Source: Kofleriaceae bacterium (GTDB taxonomy: Bacteria > Myxococcota_A > Polyangia > Haliangiales > Haliangiaceae). Taken from it: a stretch of 64,000 nucleotides of DNA. Shown here piece after piece: positions 60,514 through 64,000 of this stretch. The DNA lies in the NCBI GenBank assembly GCA_046597055.1, contig JBKJLC010000222.1, positions 1 to 64,000 of the forward strand. Direction: 5' to 3'. The notes beneath the pieces are model-generated. The model made no database searches and was not told the origin of the DNA. It saw only the letters and a program-made list of their open reading frames with translations. Position 1 is the first letter of the stretch, and every line of letters starts with the position of its first letter. Made by a program: the position numbers and the translations under genes.

Positions 60514-61977
60514 TCAGGGACCGTAGAGGGTGCCCTGCGGGGCGCCGGTTTGCATGAGGCGCAGCAGCTCGCGGCCCAGCGCGACCTCGACGTCGAGCGC
60601 GGGCTCGGCCAGCGCCGCGGCGTCGGCCTCGAAGCGATCGGCCGCGGCCTGCATGATCGCCAGTGCCGCGTCCCGGTCATTGCCGTACTGGTCGGCGGCG
60701 TCGTGCATGCCCGACACCAGCAGCGCCAGCGCGGTCGTGCGCGCGGTCGACGCCTGCGCGAACCACTGGCCGCGGTCGTCGAGGTTGCCGTCACGCGCGA
60801 CGTGGAGCGCGCTGGTCCGCGTCACGCCGGCCGGGTTCCGCCACGACAGGTCGAGGTCGGCGGCGAGCCCGTCGAGCGCGGCCAGCTCGGTCTCGCGCAG
60901 CGACACCAGCAGGGCGCCGCGTCGCTTCGACAGGAACACGGTCGCGACCTCGAGGCTGGGATCCTCGGCGAAGCCGGCCGGGAAGCCGTAGCCATCGGCG
61001 ATCGCCAGTCCGGGCGCCGGACGCACCGCGACCGCGAGGTCGTAGGCGATCGGCGCGGTGAACCACGGGAACTCGTCCGCGATCAGCGCGCTGACGTGCT
61101 CGGGCCTCTGGAGGCTGAACGCGTTGGCGCCGCGCACCTGCGCCATGCTCTGCAGCACCTCGGGGCCGACGCCGAGCCCGAGCGCGAGCACGGTCAGGTG
61201 CACGCCGTCGTCAGCACCGGCCGCCGCCATCTGCTCGAACTCGCTGGGCGCGGTCGCGCCGACGTTGGGCTGCACGTCGGTGAACAGCACCAGCCGCACG
61301 TTCTGCTGCCCGGCGGCGCGCGCCTGCCGGCCGAGCTCGTAGGCGCGGCGCAGGCCGCCCTCCATGTCGGTCGACCCGGCCTCGCGCAGCTGATCGATCG
61401 CCGCGCTGATGCGGGCCTGGTCCGAGCCGCGGGTCAGGCCCAGCGGGGTCGCGATCTCGCTGCCGTACGTGACGATGGCGACCTGATCGCCGGCGTCGAC
61501 CTGATCGGCGAGCGCGTGCAGGGTCGCGCGCGACAGCCAGCCCGGGGTCGGGTACGCCTCGCTGCCGTTGCTCCAGCCCATCGATCCCGACACGTCGACC
61601 GTGAAGATGAAGGTGGTCGGCGGCCGCACGAACCGGTCGGGATCGACGTTCGACGACATCCCGACCTGCAGCCAGCCGCGCGCGGCACCGGCCCGGTCGG
61701 GCGCGACCCCGGCCGCGGCCCGCAGGCACAGCGTGTCGTTGCAGGGCGCGCCGGTGAGCCCGAGGTCGTGCTCGGCGAACATGCCCTCGACCAGCAGCGC
61801 GCCGGGAGGCGGGACCCGGCCGCTCGCGATCAGCTCGCGCGCCAGGCTCATGTCTTTCACGCCGCCCGGGGTCGCGCCGAAGTCGCCGCCGGTGGGGCTG
61901 CCACTGTAGGCATCCACCGAACCGCACGCGGCCACCAGGGTCAGGAATAGATACCGGAGCGAGCGGAGCGGCTTCAT
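60514..61977 (-). CDS. vWA-domain lipoprotein (YfbK-like)
   Basis: VAAC lipobox; FTVDVSGSM MIDAS, GSTDMEGGL, VLFTDVQPNVG, PIAYDL. Confidence 0.87.
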   Translation of the reverse strand: MKPLRSLRYLFLTLVAACGSVDAYSGSPTGGDFGATPGGVKDMSLARELIASGRVPPPGALLVEGMFAEHDLGLTGAPCNDTLCLRAAAGVAPDRAGAARGWLQVGMSSNVDPDRFVRPPTTFIFTVDVSGSMGWSNGSEAYPTPGWLSRATLHALADQVDAGDQVAIVTYGSEIATPLGLTRGSDQARISAAIDQLREAGSTDMEGGLRRAYELGRQARAAGQQNVRLVLFTDVQPNVGATAPSEFEQMAAAGADDGVHLTVLALGLGVGPEVLQSMAQVRGANAFSLQRPEHVSALIADEFPWFTAPIAYDLAVAVRPAPGLAIADGYGFPAGFAEDPSLEVATVFLSKRRGALLVSLRETELAALDGLAADLDLSWRNPAGVTRTSALHVARDGNLDDRGQWFAQASTARTTALALLVSGMHDAADQYGNDRDAALAIMQAAADRFEADAAALAEPALDVEVALGRELLRLMQTGAPQGTLYGP

Positions 61978-61991
61978 GAGCCGTGGCCCAT

Positions 61992-62007
61992 CGCATCCGG
62001 CGTACCA
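61992..62007 (-). promoter_or_regulatory. Putative sigma54 promoter
   Basis: TGGTACGCCGGATGCG (GG-N10-GC), 14 nt before ATG 61977. Confidence 0.6.
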
Positions 62008-62102
62008 GGTGACCGCCACGGGTTCCGCATCGTTGGCGCCGGCGCGCTGCGATCGCCCGGCAGGTTCCGGACATCCATGTCACGGGCCTATACTCGCGCG
62101 CG

Positions 62103-64000
62103 ATGGAACCTGACGCGCCCGCTCCTCGCCGTGGTTCGGCCACCGCTCGCCGGCGCCGCAAGGTCGCGTGGACCAAGCGGCTGCGCCGGGTCGGGATGGC
62201 CTGGCAGAACGCGCTCGAGATCATGCGCGCCGGCCGGCTCACCGCCCCCTACGGCGCGCCGTTCGAGGTCGTCCACGCGACCCCCATCTACCGGCTGCGT
62301 CATTACCGCAACAGCGACACCACGCCCGCCACCACGCCGCCGCTGCTGCTGGTGCCGCCGCTCATGGTCGCCAGCGAGGTCTACGACATCGCGCCCGATG
62401 TGAGCGCGATCGCGTACCTGACCCGCAGCGGCGTCGACGTGTGGGTCGTCGACTTCGGCGCCCCCGAGCGCGAGGAGGGCGGCCTCGAGCGCACGCTCGA
62501 CGATCACGTGCGCGGGGTGTCCGAGGCGATCGACCAGGTCCGCCAGCGCACTGGCCAGGACGTCCACCTCGCCGGCTACTCGCAGGGCGGCATGTTTGCC
62601 TACCAGGCGGCGGCCTACCGGCGCAGCGCTGGCATCGCGTCGATCATCACGATGGGCAGCCCGGTCGACATCCACCGCACGGTGCCGCTCGCCGAGCAGC
62701 TGGTCGAGCGCATGGTGTCGGGGCTGTCGCGCGCGATCGCGGGACCACTCGCGCACATCGACCGCCTGCCCGGCCGGGTCACCTCGACCGGCTTCAAGCT
62801 GCTGAGCGTGCGCAAGGAGGCCGGCCAGCTGGTCGAGTTCGTGCGCAAGCTGCACGACCGCTCGGCGCTCGAGAAGCGCGAGGCCCGGCGCTTGTTCCTG
62901 GGCGGTGCCGGCTTCGTGGCCTGGCCGGGCCCGGCGCTGCGCAAGTTCATCAGCGAGATCGTGGTCGCCAACCGGATGACCTCGGGCGGCATCGTGATCG
63001 ACGGCCACACCACGACCCTGGCCGACATCGACTCGCCGATCCTCTACTTCTTCGGCGAGCGCGACACCATGGGCCGGCCCGCGGCGGTGCGCGGCATCCG
63101 CAAGGCGGCGCCGGCGGCCGACATGATCTACGAGGTGGCGGTCAAGGCCGGCCACTTCGGGCTGGTGGTCGGCTCGACCGCGCTGACCGTGACCTGGCCG
63201 ACCGTGGTCGAGTGGATCCGCTGGCAAGCCGGCGACGGCCCCCGCCCGGCGCGGATGGTCGAGCCCGGCGCCACCACGTCGATCCCGACGATCGGCCCCG
63301 ACGACGAGGACGCGGACGACGACGTCGAGGACGATGACATCGACACCGCGTTCGGCGAGATGCAGTTCGATCTCGAGCTGGTGCAGGACGTGCTGGGCAA
63401 GACCGCGCGCGCGGTGATGGAGCGGGTCGGCGACGTCACCCAGGACGTGTCCGACTACCTCGACAACCTGCGCTGGCAGGTGCCGCGCCTGCACCGGCTG
63501 CGCAGCCTGCGCGACGACACCGCGATCTCGCTCGGCAAGGAGCTCGCCGAACAGGCCCGCGAGATCCCCGATCAGACCTTCTTCATGTGGCGCGACCGCG
63601 CGTTCACGTACGCCGACGCCAACCGCCGGGTCGACGCGGTGGTCCGCGGCCTCATCCAGTCCGGCGTCCGCCCCGGCCACAAGGTCGCGGTCGTGATGCA
63701 GAGCCGGCCCAGCTACCTGTCGGTGGTCGCCGCGCTGTCGCGGCTGGGCGCGGTCGCGGTGCTGATCGCGCCGGCGACGCTGGCGTCGGCGCTCACCCGC
63801 GCGCTCGACGTCGGCGAGGCCGAGCGGGTGATCACGGATCCCGAGACCGTGGCGGCGGTGCGGACCAGCTGGGCCGGGCCGCTGTTCGTCCTCGGGGCCG
63901 CCCACGACCAGCGCGCGCTGCCGCCCGGCGTGGTCGACCTCGAGCAGATCGATCCCGACGCGGTCGTGATGCCGACCTGGTTCCGTCCGGATCCCGGACG
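62103..64000 (+). CDS. PhaC-like alpha/beta hydrolase fused to long-chain acyl-CoA synthetase (Rv1683-like); runs off the window end
   Basis: Not in the ORF track (no stop in window). Manual translation from ATG 62103: YRLRHY, PLLLVPPLMVASEVYD, WVVDFG, HLAGYSQGGMF, GHFGLVVGS, acidic linker, then TYADANRRVDAVVRGL..SGVRPGHKVAV AMP-binding N-terminus. Confidence 0.87.
   Translation, partial: MEPDAPAPRRGSATARRRRKVAWTKRLRRVGMAWQNALEIMRAGRLTAPYGAPFEVVHATPIYRLRHYRNSDTTPATTPPLLLVPPLMVASEVYDIAPDVSAIAYLTRSGVDVWVVDFGAPEREEGGLERTLDDHVRGVSEAIDQVRQRTGQDVHLAGYSQGGMFAYQAAAYRRSAGIASIITMGSPVDIHRTVPLAEQLVERMVSGLSRAIAGPLAHIDRLPGRVTSTGFKLLSVRKEAGQLVEFVRKLHDRSALEKREARRLFLGGAGFVAWPGPALRKFISEIVVANRMTSGGIVIDGHTTTLADIDSPILYFFGERDTMGRPAAVRGIRKAAPAADMIYEVAVKAGHFGLVVGSTALTVTWPTVVEWIRWQAGDGPRPARMVEPGATTSIPTIGPDDEDADDDVEDDDIDTAFGEMQFDLELVQDVLGKTARAVMERVGDVTQDVSDYLDNLRWQVPRLHRLRSLRDDTAISLGKELAEQAREIPDQTFFMWRDRAFTYADANRRVDAVVRGLIQSGVRPGHKVAVVMQSRPSYLSVVAALSRLGAVAVLIAPATLASALTRALDVGEAERVITDPETVAAVRTSWAGPLFVLGAAHDQRALPPGVVDLEQIDPDAVVMPTWFRPDPG

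Overview
Very GC-rich bacterial DNA. Gene content points to Myxococcota, plausibly a Haliangium/Kofleria-like lineage (inference): many Cys-rich lipoproteins, an FHA-sigma54 activator, a Ser/Thr kinase-TPR, an Oar-like TonB-dependent receptor and a giant TPR protein. About 53 CDSs are supported. I saw no rRNA, tRNA, transposase, integrase or CRISPR-cas. Housekeeping blocks: oxyR-ahpC-ahpD, gnd-pgl-zwf, class II photolyase, rhlE, RluA plus a methyltransferase, and thioredoxin. Most notable observations: (1) a full-length eukaryote-type SETD3/Rubisco-LSMT SET methyltransferase, with a Tudor/Agenet-like protein elsewhere in the window; (2) a MerR-HTH / VIT-vWA gene pair whose sigma70-type promoter is overlaid by tandem TGACAnTGTCA palindromes and preceded by a 24-bp palindromic repeat array with the same core; (3) a candidate module of Ser/Thr kinase, FHA-sigma54 activator, sigma54 promoter and pseudo-trypsin/ricin lipoprotein, bracketed by two copies of GTCCCATGGGAC; (4) pervasive apparent leaderless promoters (TAnnnT 6-9 nt before start codons); (5) several degenerate enzymes and a mycobacterial Rv1683-like lipase/acyl-CoA synthetase fusion. 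All protein family calls come from motif recognition by eye, not database searches.
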